Counted from the first letter of the stretch, positions 39,723 to 52,380 are shown. The stretch is 64,000 nucleotides of DNA from Rhodospirillales bacterium (GCA_026196105.1 JAPHRK010000002.1:12566-76565), one strand, 5' to 3'. Notes: a model not told the origin generated them from the letters alone. A program made the numbers and translations.

Positions 39723-41675
39723 CTACTTCATCAATATGTACCAAGAAACAAAGAAGACGACACCGATCATCATGGCAAAAGCTCCATGATAAAGGTATCC
39801 ACTTTGCATTCTTGAGAAACGTTGGGCAATATTTCTGGTCGCTGCGGCAACGCCGTCAGGCCCGACCCCATCAATCACAGCACCGTCACCGCTCTTCCAC
39901 AGGCCGCGGCCCAGGTAGAAGGCAGGACGGACAAACAAGAAGTCGTACAATTCGTCCACATACCATTTGTTGAGAACAAATTTGTAAACCCCTTGGAACG
40001 ATCCCGCCAGAGCCCCAGGAAGAGAGGGAACCCACAGATAGAAGAGCGCTGCGAGAAGCATACCGGAGATACCAACAACCAATGGAAGGTATTTCACCCA
40101 TGCCGCAACATGGTGAGCATTCTCTAATGCGTTATGCCCCTCTAGAACAAAGATCGCGCTACCCCAGAACTGAGGAGCGTTGTGACCAACAAAGTTTTCG
40201 TATCCAAGATAACCAGCCAAAACCGCGCCTGCTGCTAAAACAAACAACGGAATAAGCATCACTTTGGGTGATTCATGAACATGAGCCATAACTGTTTCGT
40301 CAGCCCGTGGCTTTCCGTGGAAAGTCATAAAGGTTAGACGACCAGAATAGAAAGCAGTCATAAAGGCCGCAGCGATACCTGCCCAGAACGCGTAGGTTCC
40401 GACAAAGGTGTCAGCCGCATAAGCCGCTTCAAGAACGATATCTTTTGAGAAGTAACCCGCGAAAGGTGGAACACCCATCAGAGCCAAATTGCCTATCCAC
40501 ATCATGGCATAGGTAACTGGGATCAATTTCCAGATACCGCCCATTTTACGCATATCCTGTTCGTCAGACATAGCGTGAATGACAGCACCAGCGCCTAGGA
40601 ACAAGAGCGCCTTGAAGAAACCGTGGGTCATTAGGTGGAAGATACCGGCAGAGTAAGCAGAAACACCGCAAGCAAAGAACATATAACCAAGTTGGCTACA
40701 GGTTGAATAAGCGATAACCCGTTTAATATCGTTCTGAACACAGCCAATTGTCGCCGCAAAGAAGGCGGTTGAAGCACCAACGATGGTAACAACAGCCAGA
40801 GCTGTATCGGAATATTCAAACAGAGGCGACATACGAGCGACTAAGAAGACACCCGCCGTCACCATTGTTGCTGCGTGGATCAAGGCCGAAACAGGTGTTG
40901 GACCTTCCATCGCGTCTGGCAACCAAGTATGCAGCCCTAACTGAGCTGATTTACCCATGGCGCCAACAAAGAGCAACAAGGCACAAGCCGTTATCGCATG
41001 GACTTCTAAACCAAAGATGACGAAAGTTGTATCCTTATGGCTTTCTACTGCTGCAAAAATGGCATCCATTTCAATGGTACCAAACAGCATGAAGATTGCG
41101 AAAATACCTAAGGCAAAGCCAAAGTCACCAACACGGTTAACTAGGAAAGCTTTAATAGCTGCGGCATTTGCAGAGGGTTTCTTGTACCAAAAACCGATAA
41201 GCAGATAAGATGCCAGACCAACACCTTCCCAACCGAAGAACAGTTGAAGCAAGTTAGAAGCTGTAACCAACATCAGCATAAAGAAGGTAAACAAGCTCAA
41301 GTAGCTCATAAACCTTGGAATTGAAGGGTCATGATGCATATAGCCTACAGAGTAGACATGAACCATGGAAGAAACACCGGTTACCACGATCATCATGACC
41401 GCAGTCAGGGTATCAAACTTCAGAGCCCAAGCGACTTGGAAATCACCAACATTGATCCAGTCGAAGAGCTTTATCACTTGAGCTTCGCCACCGTTTGGCA
41501 CGGCAAAGAAAATGGCGATAGACAAAGCGGCTGAAGTCAGCAGACCTCCACAGGTAATAATCTGGGAAATTGTATCCCACTTATGTTTCTTATGTTCATC
41601 CTCTGGGCCAAACAAAGCGATAAGACCAGCTAAGAAGGCTCCGAGAAGAGGTAGGAAAACAGCGGCTGTATACAT
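39723..41675 (-). CDS. nuoL: NADH-quinone oxidoreductase subunit L
   Basis: 650 aa, the largest antiporter-like subunit, with the C-terminal lateral-helix region (...[27 protein letters not shown]...). Confidence 0.95.
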   Translation of the reverse strand: MYTAAVFLPLLGAFLAGLIALFGPEDEHKKHKWDTISQIITCGGLLTSAALSIAIFFAVPNGGEAQVIKLFDWINVGDFQVAWALKFDTLTAVMMIVVTGVSSMVHVYSVGYMHHDPSIPRFMSYLSLFTFFMLMLVTASNLLQLFFGWEGVGLASYLLIGFWYKKPSANAAAIKAFLVNRVGDFGFALGIFAIFMLFGTIEMDAIFAAVESHKDTTFVIFGLEVHAITACALLLFVGAMGKSAQLGLHTWLPDAMEGPTPVSALIHAATMVTAGVFLVARMSPLFEYSDTALAVVTIVGASTAFFAATIGCVQNDIKRVIAYSTCSQLGYMFFACGVSAYSAGIFHLMTHGFFKALLFLGAGAVIHAMSDEQDMRKMGGIWKLIPVTYAMMWIGNLALMGVPPFAGYFSKDIVLEAAYAADTFVGTYAFWAGIAAAFMTAFYSGRLTFMTFHGKPRADETVMAHVHESPKVMLIPLFVLAAGAVLAGYLGYENFVGHNAPQFWGSAIFVLEGHNALENAHHVAAWVKYLPLVVGISGMLLAALFYLWVPSLPGALAGSFQGVYKFVLNKWYVDELYDFLFVRPAFYLGRGLWKSGDGAVIDGVGPDGVAAATRNIAQRFSRMQSGYLYHGAFAMMIGVVFFVSWYILMK

Positions 41676-41686
41676 ATTAAAGCTCC

Positions 41687-41998
41687 CTACCCTTTCATCG
41701 TATTAATGTCTTCGACCGCGACGCTGCCTCTGTTGCGGAAGAACACAACAAGGATCGCGAGGCCGATAGCAGCTTCAGCAGCCGCAACGGTTAGAATGAA
41801 CATTGCAAAAATTTGTCCAACAAGATCACCGAGGTAAGATGAGAATGCGACGAAGTTGATATTCACCGCTAACAAGATCAGTTCCACGGACATCATAATG
41901 ACGATTACGTTCTTCTTGTTTAAGAAGATACCGAAAATCCCTAAGGTAAAGAGGATTGCGGCTACCGTCAGGTAATGGGAGAGGCCAATTTCAAACAT
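41687..41998 (-). CDS. nuoK: NADH-quinone oxidoreductase subunit K
   Basis: 103 aa with 3 TM helices; [13 protein letters not shown] motif. Confidence 0.95.
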   Translation of the reverse strand: MFEIGLSHYLTVAAILFTLGIFGIFLNKKNVIVIMMSVELILLAVNINFVAFSSYLGDLVGQIFAMFILTVAAAEAAIGLAILVVFFRNRGSVAVEDINTMKG

Positions 41999-42615
41999 TA
42001 GATGCCTCCTCCCGTAGGTACTTTAACCGTTTTGGCTGACTCTTCAGCCCGGCGCGCAATTTGATCTGGCACCCTTTGAGAAAGTACCCCAGGACGACGA
42101 CGATGGGTTAGAACAATCGCTCCCACCATAGCGACCAGTAGGATCAAACCAGCAGCTTGGAACACGTAGACGTAATCCGTGTAGAGCACGAGGCCGAGGG
42201 CTTGAGTGTTCGTAATTTCACTCCCGACCGCCGGTGCCGCCACCTGGATTGCTTTTGCAGCTTCCGGAGCGAAGTGCCATGCACCTACAATTGCCAGAAC
42301 TTCAATCAACAAGATCAGACCAACAAGACCGCCGATTGGCAGGTATTGAAGAAAACCTTGGCGAAGTTCAACAAAGTTAATGTCGAGCATCATAACCACA
42401 AAGAGGAATAAGACGGCGACCGCCCCCACGTAGACCACTACCAAAAGCATGGCGAGGAATTCAGCACCAAGCAGGACAAAAAGGCCTGCAGCGTTGAAAA
42501 ACGCGAGAATAAGGAACAGCACTGAATGGACTGGGTTTTTAGATGAAATTACCATCACACCCGAGGCCAGCACAATTCCGGCAAATAGATAAAATGCTAA
42601 AGCTTGAACTATCAT
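41998..42615 (-). CDS. nuoJ: NADH-quinone oxidoreductase subunit J
   Basis: 205-aa membrane subunit; position between nuoI and nuoK. Confidence 0.92.
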   Translation of the reverse strand: MIVQALAFYLFAGIVLASGVMVISSKNPVHSVLFLILAFFNAAGLFVLLGAEFLAMLLVVVYVGAVAVLFLFVVMMLDINFVELRQGFLQYLPIGGLVGLILLIEVLAIVGAWHFAPEAAKAIQVAAPAVGSEITNTQALGLVLYTDYVYVFQAAGLILLVAMVGAIVLTHRRRPGVLSQRVPDQIARRAEESAKTVKVPTGGGI

Positions 42616-42688
42616 TTCATTCCTCCTCCGGACGATACGTCCGTGGAAGCCTCAATAAATAAGATCATAATTGTTTCCCCCCTGCCCC

Positions 42689-43177
42689 TCATCGGTATGG
42701 TGCATCCAAAGCGATGCGAGCTGCGAGTTCAACTTCCCACCGTTCTCCATTAGAGAGCAGCTTATCTTTATCGTAAAATAGCTCTTCACGGGTTTCTGTC
42801 GTGTATTCAAAGTTTGGCCCTTCAACAACAGCGTCAACGGGGCAAGCTTCTTGGCAGAAACCACAGAAGATACATTTTGTCATATCGATGTCATAACGGG
42901 TCGTGCGACGGCTACCGTCATCACGAGGTTCGACTTCGATGGTAATAGCTTGAGCCGGACAAGCGGCTTCACAAAGTTTACAGGCAATGCAACGTTCTTC
43001 CCCATTAGGGTAACGCCGCAGGCAATGTTCTCCGCGGAAACGAGGAGACAGAGGCCCTTTTTCATAAGGGTAGTTCAACGTGATTGTTGGCTTGAACATA
43101 TATTTGAAAGAAACTGACATTCCCTTCACAAGCTCTGTCAAGAAGAAGGCCTTAGCGTGAGTAGCAAGAAATCCCAT
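42689..43177 (-). CDS. nuoI: NADH-quinone oxidoreductase subunit I (2x[4Fe-4S])
   Basis: Two ferredoxin motifs, [12 protein letters not shown] and [12 protein letters not shown]. Confidence 0.96.
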   Translation of the reverse strand: MGFLATHAKAFFLTELVKGMSVSFKYMFKPTITLNYPYEKGPLSPRFRGEHCLRRYPNGEERCIACKLCEAACPAQAITIEVEPRDDGSRRTTRYDIDMTKCIFCGFCQEACPVDAVVEGPNFEYTTETREELFYDKDKLLSNGERWEVELAARIALDAPYR

Positions 43178-43189
43178 AATCGTTCTCCC

Positions 43190-44206
43190 CTACCCGATCG
43201 TTGGGGCGTTGCCGGTCGCAACCAACACACCCGAAATAATGATGACAGCGGCCAAGGTTACTGGCAGGAACACTTTCCAGCCTAAACGCATAACTTGGTC
43301 ATAACGATAACGTGGGAAGGTTGCCCGAACCCACAAGAAGAAGAACAAGACAAAACTGGTTTTCAGCGCAAACCAAACCGGCCCTGGGATCATGTTAAGT
43401 GGTGCCACATCCATAATTGGCAACCAGCCGCCCAAGAACAGGGTTGTCAGCATGCCTGACATCACAATCATGTTGGCATATTCACCCAAGAAGAACAGAG
43501 CGAAAGCCATTGAAGAATATTCAACGTTGTAACCCGTTACCAGCTCGGCTTCACCTTCAGGAAGATCGAAGGGGTGACGCGCGGTTTCAGCCAAAATACA
43601 GATCAGGAAAATTACTGCCAACGGGAAGAGTGGAAGAACGTACCACATATCCTTTTGTGCCATCACGATGTCTGTCAGGTTCATTGACCCCGCCATCAGC
43701 AGCACACAAACCATGATAAAGCCCATGGCTAGTTCGTAAGACACCATTTGAGCGGCTTCACGCAAACCACCAAGGAAAGCGTAGATTGAGTTACTAGCCC
43801 AGCCAGCCATCAAGATGCCGTACACACCAAGTGAGGAAATCGCCATCAGATAAAGCAGACCGACATTAATATCAGAAAGCACCATTCCTTCACCGAAGGG
43901 AATAACGGCCCAAGCCACCATTGCCAAAGTAAAGGTCAGACATGGCGCAATGATAAATACGCCCCGGTTTGCTCCGGTTGGTATAATCGTTTCCTTGAGG
44001 AACAACTTCAAACCATCCGCGAATGGTTGGAGCAGTCCAAAAGGCCCCACGACGTTTGGACCTTTACGCCTATGCATCATCGCAATGATTTTGCGTTCCG
44101 CGTAGGTCAAATACGCCACTGCGACTAACAGCGGCACCACGATCGCCAGGATTTTAATTACAATCCAAGCGGCCGGCCAGATATATACGTCCCAAAGCTC
44201 AACCAT
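43190..44206 (-). CDS. nuoH: NADH-quinone oxidoreductase subunit H
   Basis: 338-aa polytopic protein, ...[30 protein letters not shown]... Confidence 0.95.
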   Translation of the reverse strand: MVELWDVYIWPAAWIVIKILAIVVPLLVAVAYLTYAERKIIAMMHRRKGPNVVGPFGLLQPFADGLKLFLKETIIPTGANRGVFIIAPCLTFTLAMVAWAVIPFGEGMVLSDINVGLLYLMAISSLGVYGILMAGWASNSIYAFLGGLREAAQMVSYELAMGFIMVCVLLMAGSMNLTDIVMAQKDMWYVLPLFPLAVIFLICILAETARHPFDLPEGEAELVTGYNVEYSSMAFALFFLGEYANMIVMSGMLTTLFLGGWLPIMDVAPLNMIPGPVWFALKTSFVLFFFLWVRATFPRYRYDQVMRLGWKVFLPVTLAAVIIISGVLVATGNAPTIG

Positions 44207-46265
44207 TGGTACCCGTCTTCTGCTGTTCAGGGTTAATAAATGCTTCAGTGCACTCCGCCATCGTTTGCGAAACGCGACTGATCGGATCGGTCATGTAATA
44301 ATTTTCAATAGGTGAAACCAGCGCTTCAGATGAAGGCTCCCCGGTACCACCAAAATCAGACCACTCTGCGGCCTGAAGTCCGTCATAATCATTGAATATA
44401 GGGTTAACTTCAGACATACGGTTACGAACATCGCCTAAACTACTGTAAGGCAATGATTTACCAAGAGCATCCGAGAGAGCCCGAATAATGGCCCAATCTT
44501 CTTTTGCTTCTCCTCGCGGGAAAGCTGCTCTTAGGCCACGTTGAACACGGCCTTCGGTATTAACGTATGTTCCGCTTTTTTCAGTATAAGCTGTTCCCGG
44601 CAAAACGACGTCAGCACAAGCTGCACCTGCATCACCGTGAGAACCTTGATAAATCACAAAGGTTTTATCTAACTTAGCGGTATCAATTTCATCAGCCCCA
44701 AGAAGATAAACAGCTTCAATGTCACCTGAAGCGGCTCCCTCTAGAATGCCTTGAACATCTTTTCCGTTATTGCCAGGGACCACACCAAGATCTAGCCCCC
44801 CTACTCTTGAAGCTGCAGTATGGAGAACGTTAAAACCGTTCCAGCCCTCTTTAACCATACCTCGGCTCTCAGCGATTTTGCGAACTCCACCAAGAACATC
44901 AGCCCCATCAGCCCGTGCCAAAGCACCAGCACCAACAATAACCATAGGTTTTTTGGCGGCTTTAAGCGTTTTAGAGAAGTCGTCTTTACCACCTGTGATC
45001 TTCTTAAAATCACCAGGGCTAGTACCCAAGTGCTCATAAGGATAGCTCAGATCAAGCGCTTCGCCGATAACAGCAACTTTAAGGCCACCACGATAGTAAC
45101 GCTCACGGATACGAGCATTTACCACTGGGGCTTCCCAACGAAGGTTTGTACCAATTAACAAAATGGCATCGGCTTCATCAATTCCAGCGATGGTGCTGTT
45201 GAAGGTGTATCCAGCACGAACGCCTGCATCCACTTTAGAGCCATCTTGACGACAATCGACGTTTGTGGAGCCTAAGCTAGCCATCAAATCTTTCAAGACG
45301 ATCATGGATTCACAATCAGCTTGGTCTCCAGCAATGGCACCAATTTTCTTGCCATCCATGCCTTTAAGCTTATCAGCAATGGTATTGAAAGCTTCATCCC
45401 AAGAGACAGGAACAAGTTTACCATCACGACGAACATAAGGTTTATCAAGGCGTTGGCGTTTTAGACCGTCCATAGCATAACGGGTTTTATCACCGATCCA
45501 CTCGCCGTTCACATCCTCGTTGAGACGGGGCAAGATGCGCATGACTTCACCACCGCGGGTATCAATGCGGATGTTACTGCCAACAGCGTCAAATACGTCG
45601 ATACTTTCAGTAGGCTTGAGTTCCCAAGACCGTGCAGAGAAAGCAAATGGCTTGCTGGTCAGGGCACCAACAGGGCAAAGATCAACTAAATTACCAGAAA
45701 GCTCTGAGTTAATTGCTTTTCCAACGTAGGTACTGACTTCCATATGGTCGCCACGACCAATACCACCGAGCTCAGCCGTCCCCGTAACTTGGTGAGTAAA
45801 GCGAATGCAACGAGTGCAATGGATGCAACGGGTCATCTCGGTTTTTACGATCGGTCCGTAATCGCCTTTATCCTGAACAGAGCGTTTATGCTCCGTAAAG
45901 CGGCTAGTTCCGAGACCGTAAGCAACGGCTTGGTCCTGAAGATCGCACTCACCACCTTGATCGCAAATCGGGCAATCCAGAGGATGGTTAATCAGCAGGA
46001 ATTCCATTACAGAAGCACGGGCTTCGACAACTTTATCCGTTTTGGTATGGATAACCATACCGTCCCCGACCGGCATTGAGCAGGAAGCGATAAGCTTAGG
46101 CGCACGCTCCATTTCAACCAGGCACATACGACAGTTACCAGAAATTGATAACCGTTCATGATAGCAAAAGCGTGGCACTTCAATCCCTGCGGCTTCACAA
46201 GCCTGGAGGACTGAATAACCTGCTTCTACTTCAATCTCGTTTCCGTCGATAGTCAACTTGGGCAT
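44199..46265 (-). CDS. nuoG: NADH-quinone oxidoreductase subunit G (75-kDa Fe-S subunit)
   Basis: [24 protein letters not shown]..., 2Fe-2S plus 4Fe-4S Cys clusters ([15 protein letters not shown]; [10 protein letters not shown]). ATG at 46265 has a GGGAGA Shine-Dalgarno; the track start at 46316 overlaps nuoF. Confidence 0.95.
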   Translation of the reverse strand: MPKLTIDGNEIEVEAGYSVLQACEAAGIEVPRFCYHERLSISGNCRMCLVEMERAPKLIASCSMPVGDGMVIHTKTDKVVEARASVMEFLLINHPLDCPICDQGGECDLQDQAVAYGLGTSRFTEHKRSVQDKGDYGPIVKTEMTRCIHCTRCIRFTHQVTGTAELGGIGRGDHMEVSTYVGKAINSELSGNLVDLCPVGALTSKPFAFSARSWELKPTESIDVFDAVGSNIRIDTRGGEVMRILPRLNEDVNGEWIGDKTRYAMDGLKRQRLDKPYVRRDGKLVPVSWDEAFNTIADKLKGMDGKKIGAIAGDQADCESMIVLKDLMASLGSTNVDCRQDGSKVDAGVRAGYTFNSTIAGIDEADAILLIGTNLRWEAPVVNARIRERYYRGGLKVAVIGEALDLSYPYEHLGTSPGDFKKITGGKDDFSKTLKAAKKPMVIVGAGALARADGADVLGGVRKIAESRGMVKEGWNGFNVLHTAASRVGGLDLGVVPGNNGKDVQGILEGAASGDIEAVYLLGADEIDTAKLDKTFVIYQGSHGDAGAACADVVLPGTAYTEKSGTYVNTEGRVQRGLRAAFPRGEAKEDWAIIRALSDALGKSLPYSSLGDVRNRMSEVNPIFNDYDGLQAAEWSDFGGTGEPSSEALVSPIENYYMTDPISRVSQTMAECTEAFINPEQQKTGTNG

Positions 46266-46278
46266 TAGGTAATTCTCC

Positions 46279-47562
46279 CTAGGCCGCTGCGTTCTTGGCT
46301 GCTTGATAATCCGCAATCCGCTGTTCGATCAGAGGACGGAAGTGACGAATGAGACCTTGGATAGGCCAAGCAGCGGCATCTCCAAGAGCACAAATCGTAT
46401 TTCCTTCGATCTGGCGGGTTACATTTTCAAGCATGTCAATTTCTTCAATAGTCGCATTTCCGATAACCATGCGATCCATCATGCGGGAAATCCACCCGGT
46501 ACCTTCACGGCAAGGGGTGCACTGTCCGCAGCTTTCATGAGCATAAAACTTAGAAAGCCGTGCGATGGCATAAATGATATCGGTTTGTTTATTCATGACG
46601 ATAACCGCCGCCGTCCCAAGGCCAGAGCCATGTTCACGAAGGTTGTCATAGTCCATTGTTGCCACGTCACACATTTCTTTGGTCATGACTGGAACAGAAC
46701 AACCACCAGGAATAATTCCCAAAAGATTGTCCCAACCGCCAACAACGCCGCCACAATGTTTTTCAATCATTTCTTTAAGTGGAACACCCATCTCTTCTTC
46801 GAAGGTACATGGGTTGTTTACATGTCCAGACACACACATGAGCTTGGTGCCTGTATTGTTTGGTTTACCAAGGGCTCCAAACCACTCCCCGCCCCGGCGA
46901 CAAATAGTCGGCACAACGGCGATAGATTCAACATTGTTCACTGTGGTTGGACAACCGTAAAGACCAACACCTGCTGGGAATGGTGGTTTAAGACGAGGTT
47001 GACCTTTTTTGCCCTCAAGGCTTTGGATCAAGGCACCTTCTTCACCACATACATAAGCGCCCATGCCCCGGTGGACATAAACATCCATCTTCCAGCCTGA
47101 ACCACAGGCCTCTTCACCAAGCAGGCCAGCCGCATAAGCTTCATCAATGGCTTTCTGCAAAGCTACAGCTTCGTGGTAAAATTCGCCGCGAATATAGATA
47201 TATGAAGCATGAGCCCCCATCGCAAAACCGGCAATCAACGCTCCTTCAATCAGCTTATGAGGCTCATTACGGAGAATTTCACGGTCTTTACAGGTTCCAG
47301 GCTCGCCTTCATCAGCGTTGATCACCAAAAACTGAGGACGATCACCTTCTTTGGGCATAAAGGACCATTTAAGACCGGTACCAAAGCCAGCACCACCACG
47401 ACCACGAAGGCCGGAGGTTTTAACTTCTTCAATTACCCAATCCCGGCCTTTAGCCAGAATGTCTTTAGTATCTTTCCAGTCACCAATGGAACGAGCTGTT
47501 TCCAGGTCATCCCCTTTGATACCGTATATGTTTTGGAAAATACGATCACTGTCTTTAAGCAT
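46279..47562 (-). CDS. nuoF: NADH-quinone oxidoreductase subunit F (FMN/NADH site)
   Basis: [27 protein letters not shown] and [12 protein letters not shown] motifs. Confidence 0.97.
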   Translation of the reverse strand: MLKDSDRIFQNIYGIKGDDLETARSIGDWKDTKDILAKGRDWVIEEVKTSGLRGRGGAGFGTGLKWSFMPKEGDRPQFLVINADEGEPGTCKDREILRNEPHKLIEGALIAGFAMGAHASYIYIRGEFYHEAVALQKAIDEAYAAGLLGEEACGSGWKMDVYVHRGMGAYVCGEEGALIQSLEGKKGQPRLKPPFPAGVGLYGCPTTVNNVESIAVVPTICRRGGEWFGALGKPNNTGTKLMCVSGHVNNPCTFEEEMGVPLKEMIEKHCGGVVGGWDNLLGIIPGGCSVPVMTKEMCDVATMDYDNLREHGSGLGTAAVIVMNKQTDIIYAIARLSKFYAHESCGQCTPCREGTGWISRMMDRMVIGNATIEEIDMLENVTRQIEGNTICALGDAAAWPIQGLIRHFRPLIEQRIADYQAAKNAAA

Positions 47563-48163
47563 TGGCCTGCTCCTTCAAGGAGGTCAATCCACCTGCTGGT
47601 TGGCACCCTACCCGATCCCCTTGAGGGCCGGTTTTTGGCTGCTCACCTTTTTTCAAAGCCTCAAAGATGGCTTTCGTGGATGAGCTATCCAAATCTTCGT
47701 AAAAGTCATCGTTGATTTGCATCATAGGAGCGTTAACACAGGCTCCAAGGCACTCAACTTCACTCAAGGTAAATTTGTTATCCTCAGTGGTTTGACCAAA
47801 ACCAACACCTAAAACCTCTTTAGCCGCATCGACAATTTTGTCGGAGCCTTTAAGCCAGCAAGAAATATTGGTGCAAATCTGCACGTGGTTCTCACCAACA
47901 GGGGTTCTGTTGTACATGGTGTAAAAGCTGGCGACCTCATAAACCTTAATCGGTGCCATCTCACAAATACCAGCCACATAATCCATCGCAGCAATGGGAA
48001 GCCAGCCATTATGTTGGCGCTGGGCTAAATCCAGCAGCGGCATAACGGCGCTTTCTTTCCGGTCTTCAGGATATTTGGCAAGAACCTCTTTGGCCTTGGC
48101 CATAGTTTCGTCTGTAAATACGAAGCTTTCTGGCTGTTCCACTGTTTGACTAACCCCACTCAT
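47555..48163 (-). CDS. nuoE: NADH-quinone oxidoreductase subunit E (2Fe-2S)
   Basis: 202 aa with Cys ligands in [11 protein letters not shown] and [10 protein letters not shown]. Confidence 0.95.
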   Translation of the reverse strand: MSGVSQTVEQPESFVFTDETMAKAKEVLAKYPEDRKESAVMPLLDLAQRQHNGWLPIAAMDYVAGICEMAPIKVYEVASFYTMYNRTPVGENHVQICTNISCWLKGSDKIVDAAKEVLGVGFGQTTEDNKFTLSEVECLGACVNAPMMQINDDFYEDLDSSSTKAIFEALKKGEQPKTGPQGDRVGCQPAGGLTSLKEQANA

Positions 48164-49338
48164 CGATCAACCTCACCGAAAACGATATCCAGAGAACCTA
48201 AGTTGGCAACTAAATCTGCCAACATGTGCCCTTTGGTAATCTTGTCCATGCCTTGCAGATGGGCAAAGGCCGGAGCCCGAACTTTACAACGATAGGGCAT
48301 GTTGGTCCCATCGGAGATCAGATAAACGCCAAATTCGCCCTTTGGTGCTTCAACACAGGTATAAGTCTCACCCGCAGGAATTTTCATGCCTTCGGTGTAA
48401 GCTTTAAAGTGATGAATCAAAGATTCCATGGAGTTCTTCATGTCAGAACGTTTCGGCGAAGCAAACTTGCCTGTTTCATTCTTCCAAGCGCCACCTGGCA
48501 TTTGCTCACAGCACTGCTTAATGATCTTAAGTGATTCGGTCATTTCCATCATACGAACCAAATAACGATCATAACAATCACCTGTCGAACCAACGACAAC
48601 GTCGAAATCCATTTTGTCGTAGACGTCATAGGGTTGAGCTTTACGCAAATCCCAAGGAACACCTGCTGCTCTTAAGCAAGGTCCAGTAAAGCCCCAATCC
48701 AGAGCGTCTTCAGGGCTAATGCCGCCAATATCAACACAACGTTGTTTGAAAATTCTGTTTTCAGTCAACAGACCGCCCACATCTTCCATCACTTGTGGGA
48801 AACGATCAGCCCACGCCATGATATCTTCAAGCATACCGTCTGGAAGATCAAAAGCGACACCGCCTGGACGGTAGTAAGCTAAGTGCATCCGCGCGCCGCA
48901 AACCCGCTCGAAAAATTCAAGCAACAATTCACGTTCTTCAAAAAACCATAGGAAAGGCGTCATACCGCCAACGTCCATGGCCATAGCAGAAATGCCGAAG
49001 GTGTGGTTGATGATCCGTCCTAGCTCAGAGAACAGGACGCGGATATATTGACCACGCTCAGGAACTTCAATGTTTCCAAGCTTTTCAATCGCCAAAACAA
49101 AACCATGCTCTTGGTTTTGAGGCGACATATAGTCCATACGATCGAAGTAAGGAATCGATTGATGGTAGGTTTTGTATTCCATCAGCTTTTCTGTGCCCCG
49201 ATGGAGCAAACCAATATGTGGATCACAACGCTCTACTTGTTCACCGTCCATCTCAACAACCAAACGCAAAACACCGTGAGCTGAAGGGTGCTGCGGTCCG
49301 AAGTTTAGATGATAATTTTTAATTTCGTTCTGTGGCAT
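48160..49338 (-). CDS. nuoD: NADH-quinone oxidoreductase subunit D
   Basis: 392 aa, [15 protein letters not shown]... Confidence 0.97.
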   Translation of the reverse strand: MPQNEIKNYHLNFGPQHPSAHGVLRLVVEMDGEQVERCDPHIGLLHRGTEKLMEYKTYHQSIPYFDRMDYMSPQNQEHGFVLAIEKLGNIEVPERGQYIRVLFSELGRIINHTFGISAMAMDVGGMTPFLWFFEERELLLEFFERVCGARMHLAYYRPGGVAFDLPDGMLEDIMAWADRFPQVMEDVGGLLTENRIFKQRCVDIGGISPEDALDWGFTGPCLRAAGVPWDLRKAQPYDVYDKMDFDVVVGSTGDCYDRYLVRMMEMTESLKIIKQCCEQMPGGAWKNETGKFASPKRSDMKNSMESLIHHFKAYTEGMKIPAGETYTCVEAPKGEFGVYLISDGTNMPYRCKVRAPAFAHLQGMDKITKGHMLADLVANLGSLDIVFGEVDR

Positions 49339-49946
49339 TATGCCTCCTCCTCAGCTTTTTCATCACCAGGGAGAATGGACTTGGCCCCTTCCCATGGACT
49401 GAGGAAATCAAAATCACGGAAGTCCTGGGTCAGCTTAACGGGCTCATAAACAACGCGTTTACGTTCATCATCGTAGCGAAGCTCAACGTGACCAGTGAGC
49501 GGGAAGTCTTTGCGCAATGGAAAGCCTTCAAAACCGTAATCCGTCAAAATACGACGTAAATCTGGATGATCAGCGAACATAATGCCGTACATGTCCCAAG
49601 CTTCGCGCTCAAACCAGTTTGCTGCATTGTAAACGCTAACGATTGAAGGTACCGGGGTATCTTCGTCTGTTGAAAGCTTGATCCGCACCCGATTGTTATG
49701 GGTCATACTCAAGAGATGATAAACCACCTCAAAACGTTCTTCACGCTCAGGGTAATCCACCCCACAAACATCAGAGAACAGTTTGAACAGACAATTAGTA
49801 TCATCGCGAAGGAATTTCATTACCTTGACGATCGTTTCCCGGCGAACGGTAACGGTCAATTCATCTAATTTGACGTCGGTGCTAAGTACTTCCTGCGGTA
49901 AAGCCGCTGAAATGTACTCTCCGAGATCTTGAAGCGCTAATGTCAT
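49338..49946 (-). CDS. nuoC: NADH-quinone oxidoreductase subunit C
   Basis: 202 aa (30-kDa subunit family), separate from nuoD and not fused to it. Confidence 0.95.
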   Translation of the reverse strand: MTLALQDLGEYISAALPQEVLSTDVKLDELTVTVRRETIVKVMKFLRDDTNCLFKLFSDVCGVDYPEREERFEVVYHLLSMTHNNRVRIKLSTDEDTPVPSIVSVYNAANWFEREAWDMYGIMFADHPDLRRILTDYGFEGFPLRKDFPLTGHVELRYDDERKRVVYEPVKLTQDFRDFDFLSPWEGAKSILPGDEKAEEEA

Positions 49947-49971
49947 GATGCCTCTCTCGATACGATTCGGT

Positions 49972-50541
49972 CTAACGCCAAAGGGTGCCTGTCCGGCGGA
50001 TTTTCTTTTGAAGTTGCATGATCCCGTAGATCAGAGCTTCACCCGTCGGAGGACATCCTGGAACATACACATCAACCGGAACAACCCGATCACAACCACG
50101 AACTACTGAATATGAGTAGTGGTAGTACCCGCCGCCGTTTGCACATGAACCCATGGAAATTACATATTTTGGATCAGCCATCTGGTCATAGACCTTACGG
50201 AAGGCAGGAGCCATTTTGTTTGTCAGCGTGCCAGCGACGATAATAACGTCTGCTTGACGAGGGCTGGGCCTAAAGACCAAACCTGCGCGATCCATATCAT
50301 AACGAGACATAAAGGCTGCCATCATCTCGATAGCACAACAAGCCAGACCAAAGGTCATTGGCCACAAAGACCCGGTACGCGCCCAGTTTGCGAGTTTATC
50401 AACGTTGGCGACGACAAAACCTTTTTCGTCCAACTCAGTAAACACGTTTTTAAGCAACGCATCCTGTTCCGCACCTGGCGGCAGGGGTTGCAAGTGGGCG
50501 GGGGTGGAATCTACTCCCATTCCAACGCTCCCTTTTTCCAT
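49972..50541 (-). CDS. nuoB: NADH-quinone oxidoreductase subunit B (N2 cluster)
   Basis: [20 protein letters not shown] and CPPTGEAL motifs. The true start may be the internal ATG at 50520. Confidence 0.95.
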   Translation of the reverse strand: MEKGSVGMGVDSTPAHLQPLPPGAEQDALLKNVFTELDEKGFVVANVDKLANWARTGSLWPMTFGLACCAIEMMAAFMSRYDMDRAGLVFRPSPRQADVIIVAGTLTNKMAPAFRKVYDQMADPKYVISMGSCANGGGYYHYSYSVVRGCDRVVPVDVYVPGCPPTGEALIYGIMQLQKKIRRTGTLWR

Positions 50542-50876
50542 TCATAAATAAAGCCAACAGTCAGAATGGTGAGGAACACCATCATGGACCAGAATCCGAA
50601 AAGTCCAATATTACCCAGGGTAATTGCCCAAGGGAATAAGAACGCGACCTCAAGGTCGAAAATAATGAAGAGAATGGCTACCAGATAGAATCGAACATCA
50701 AATTTGGACCGAGCATTCCCGAAGGGCTCAAAGCCACACTCATATTGAGAGTTCTTTTCAGTTTCTGGTTTTTGTTTAACAACAATATAGGAGCCGCCAA
50801 CCATTACGGCGGATAATACAATTGCGATCCCTAAGAAAATCAGGATCGGCAGGTAGTCAGAAAGTAACGCTTCCAT
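50511..50876 (-). CDS. nuoA: NADH-quinone oxidoreductase subunit A
   Basis: 121 aa with 3 TM helices (YECGFEPF motif), first gene of the operon. Confidence 0.95.
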   Translation of the reverse strand: MEALLSDYLPILIFLGIAIVLSAVMVGGSYIVVKQKPETEKNSQYECGFEPFGNARSKFDVRFYLVAILFIIFDLEVAFLFPWAITLGNIGLFGFWSMMVFLTILTVGFIYEWKKGALEWE

Positions 50877-51094
50877 AGCGTGGTCCTTTAATCGCCTAAA
50901 AGTTTTTCACTGATCAAGTGATTGCTGTAATTGCAGCAAAAAGCCGTATCAATGAAACTGGCACAGATTATATGGAAAGTTTGCTTACGTACAGGTCGGA
51001 GAAGTTTTTTTTCTTCTCTTATTTAGAGCTCCCTTGTTAGCATTCTCGAAAAAGAGAAACAGCGAACGTCGCTAACGCGACCAACACCCAAACA

Positions 51095-51112
51095 AGGGCA
51101 GCCGACTGCCCT
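51095..51112 (-). terminator. Possible terminator hairpin after tRNA-Asp
   Basis: AGGGCAG-ccga-CTGCCCT (7-bp GC-rich stem), followed on the minus strand by TGTTTGGGTGTT, which is only moderately U-rich. Confidence 0.3.
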
Positions 51113-51129
51113 AATTGGCTGTCGGGAAG

Positions 51130-51206
<77 letters not shown>

Positions 51207-51233
51207 GTAGGTCCGTCCTTGCGGGATGACCGG

Positions 51234-51262
51234 TTTGTATTGCCGTGGCCCCCAACTGTCAA
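51234..51262 (-). promoter_or_regulatory. Candidate sigma70 promoter for tRNA-Asp
   Basis: Minus strand reads a perfect -35 TTGACA, 17 nt, then TACAAA, followed by a GC-rich discriminator (ccggtcatcccgc). It lies about 25 nt upstream of the mature 5' end, with an A/T-rich UP-like tract further upstream. Confidence 0.5.
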
Positions 51263-51355
51263 CCAGAAACAAACAAGAAATGGAGAATTATTTGAGTTTT
51301 TTTTGGGGAAACGTATTTATGCCTTATTTTACACTAAGATCAAAAAACACCCTAA

Positions 51356-51375
51356 CCTAGGAAACCCTAGGAAAA
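51356..51375. repeat. Tandem 10-bp repeat CCTAGGAAAC/CCTAGGAAAA (two palindromic CCTAGG cores one helical turn apart)
   Basis: Read directly: ...accctaaCCTAGGAAACCCTAGGAAAActg. Confidence 0.6.
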
Positions 51376-51881
51376 CTGCATTAGCTGTTGTTTTTAAGCC
51401 AATAAATCAACTTATGATGAAAAATGATAGTTATCTAACTTTGAGATCAATTGCTTTTCATTTATTAGCCTCAAATAAACCTCAATTCAGTTTATGAGAA
51501 ATTTGGACACCCAGTTAGTCAATAGGTTTCTCTAAACGATTCTTATGTCGCCATGGCGATAATTCGAAAACGGACTATTATAAATCTGGTATGACTGTTC
51601 TTCTTGGTAAGAATTTTTCGATTAGTTTCTAATTTGCTCTAAACCAAATTACTCATCTTTGAGATATCACAAATCATATTTTTGAAACTAACCACTTTTT
51701 GCAATTAGAATTCTGTAAAATCTGGTTCATGTCCAAATTTTTTGATTTACACACAGATTTATTGGACGAATCGATAAAAGTGCATTTGAAAATATGAGGG
51801 TTTTGAGGAAAAAGCCGAGAAGCACTGTTAAGCCTCCCCTCTTTATTTTAAGGTAAAAGATAGGTTATTGAGCCCAAAACT

Positions 51882-51908
51882 AAAAAAGGCCCGCTAAGCG
51901 GACCTTTT
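51882..51908 (-). terminator. Rho-independent terminator after tRNA-Val
   Basis: Minus strand reads AAAAGGTCCGC-tta-GCGGGCC followed by TTTTTT, starting 9 nt after the tRNA 3' end. Confidence 0.8.
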
Positions 51909-51916
51909 AAGGAATA

Positions 51917-51992
51917 TGGTGGGCGATGACAGGCTCGAACTGCCGACATTCTCGGTGTAAACGAGATGCTCTACCAACTGAGCTAATCGCCC
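51917..51992 (-). tRNA. tRNA-Val (anticodon UAC), 76 nt, CCA encoded
   Basis: Reverse complement: GGGCGAT TA GCTC AGTTGGTA GAGC A TCTCG TTTACAC CGAGA ATGTC GGCAG TTCGAGC CTGTC ATCGCCC A CCA. Confidence 0.93.
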
Positions 51993-52009
51993 CCAAATTC
52001 GTGAGCGTG

Positions 52010-52037
52010 AAAATACTCACTTTTACAAATACATCAA
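52010..52037 (-). promoter_or_regulatory. Candidate promoter for tRNA-Val
   Basis: Minus strand reads TTGATG-16 nt-TATTTT, about 18 nt upstream of the tRNA 5' end and just downstream of the hupB terminator. Confidence 0.3.
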
Positions 52038-52041
52038 CCCT

Positions 52042-52083
52042 AAAAGAGACAAAGCCGGCGAGAAAATTTCTCAACCGGCTTTG
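52042..52083 (-). terminator. Rho-independent terminator after hupB
   Basis: AAAGCCGG...CCGGCTTT outer stem with inner GAGAA/TTCTC pairing. On the minus strand it is followed by TGTCTCTTTT. Confidence 0.6.
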
Positions 52084-52104
52084 GCCATATAACTTTAGGG
52101 CTGT

Positions 52105-52380
52105 TTATTTATTAACAGCGTCTTTCAAGCCTTTACCAGCCTTGAATTTTGGCTGTTTAGAAGCAGGAATTTGGATTTTTTCGCCGGTGCGAGGGTTACG
52201 ACCTTCGCTAGCAGCTCTGTTAACAACACTAAATGTGCCAAATCCAACCAAGCGAACTTCTTCACCGCCCTGGAGTGAACCAGTTACAGCTTCGAAAACG
52301 CCGTCTACAGCTTTAGCTGCATCAGCTTTGGAGAGATCAGCACTAGCAGCTACTGCTGCAACAAGATCGTTCTTATTCAC
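52105..52380 (-). CDS. hupB: DNA-binding protein HU
   Basis: 91 aa, [11 protein letters not shown]...[31 protein letters not shown] start with an AAGGGGG Shine-Dalgarno. Confidence 0.95.
   Translation of the reverse strand: MNKNDLVAAVAASADLSKADAAKAVDGVFEAVTGSLQGGEEVRLVGFGTFSVVNRAASEGRNPRTGEKIQIPASKQPKFKAGKGLKDAVNK

Noticed and set aside
42652-42864. A 70-aa minus-strand ORF in and around the nuoJ-nuoI gap.
   Set aside because: It overlaps nuoI out of frame, has no RBS or motif, and the nuo operon is complete without it.
51548-51559. A perfect 12-bp palindrome, TCGCCATGGCGA. Several 9-bp direct repeats also occur in the AT-rich spacer (CTTTGAGAT at 51439/51657, CTCTAAAC at 51530/51637, AAATCTGGT at 51582/51718).
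   Set aside because: On the order of ten or more 12-bp palindromes are expected by chance in 64 kb. The 9-mers have inconsistent spacings (218, 107 and 136 bp) and are expected by chance in AT-rich DNA.
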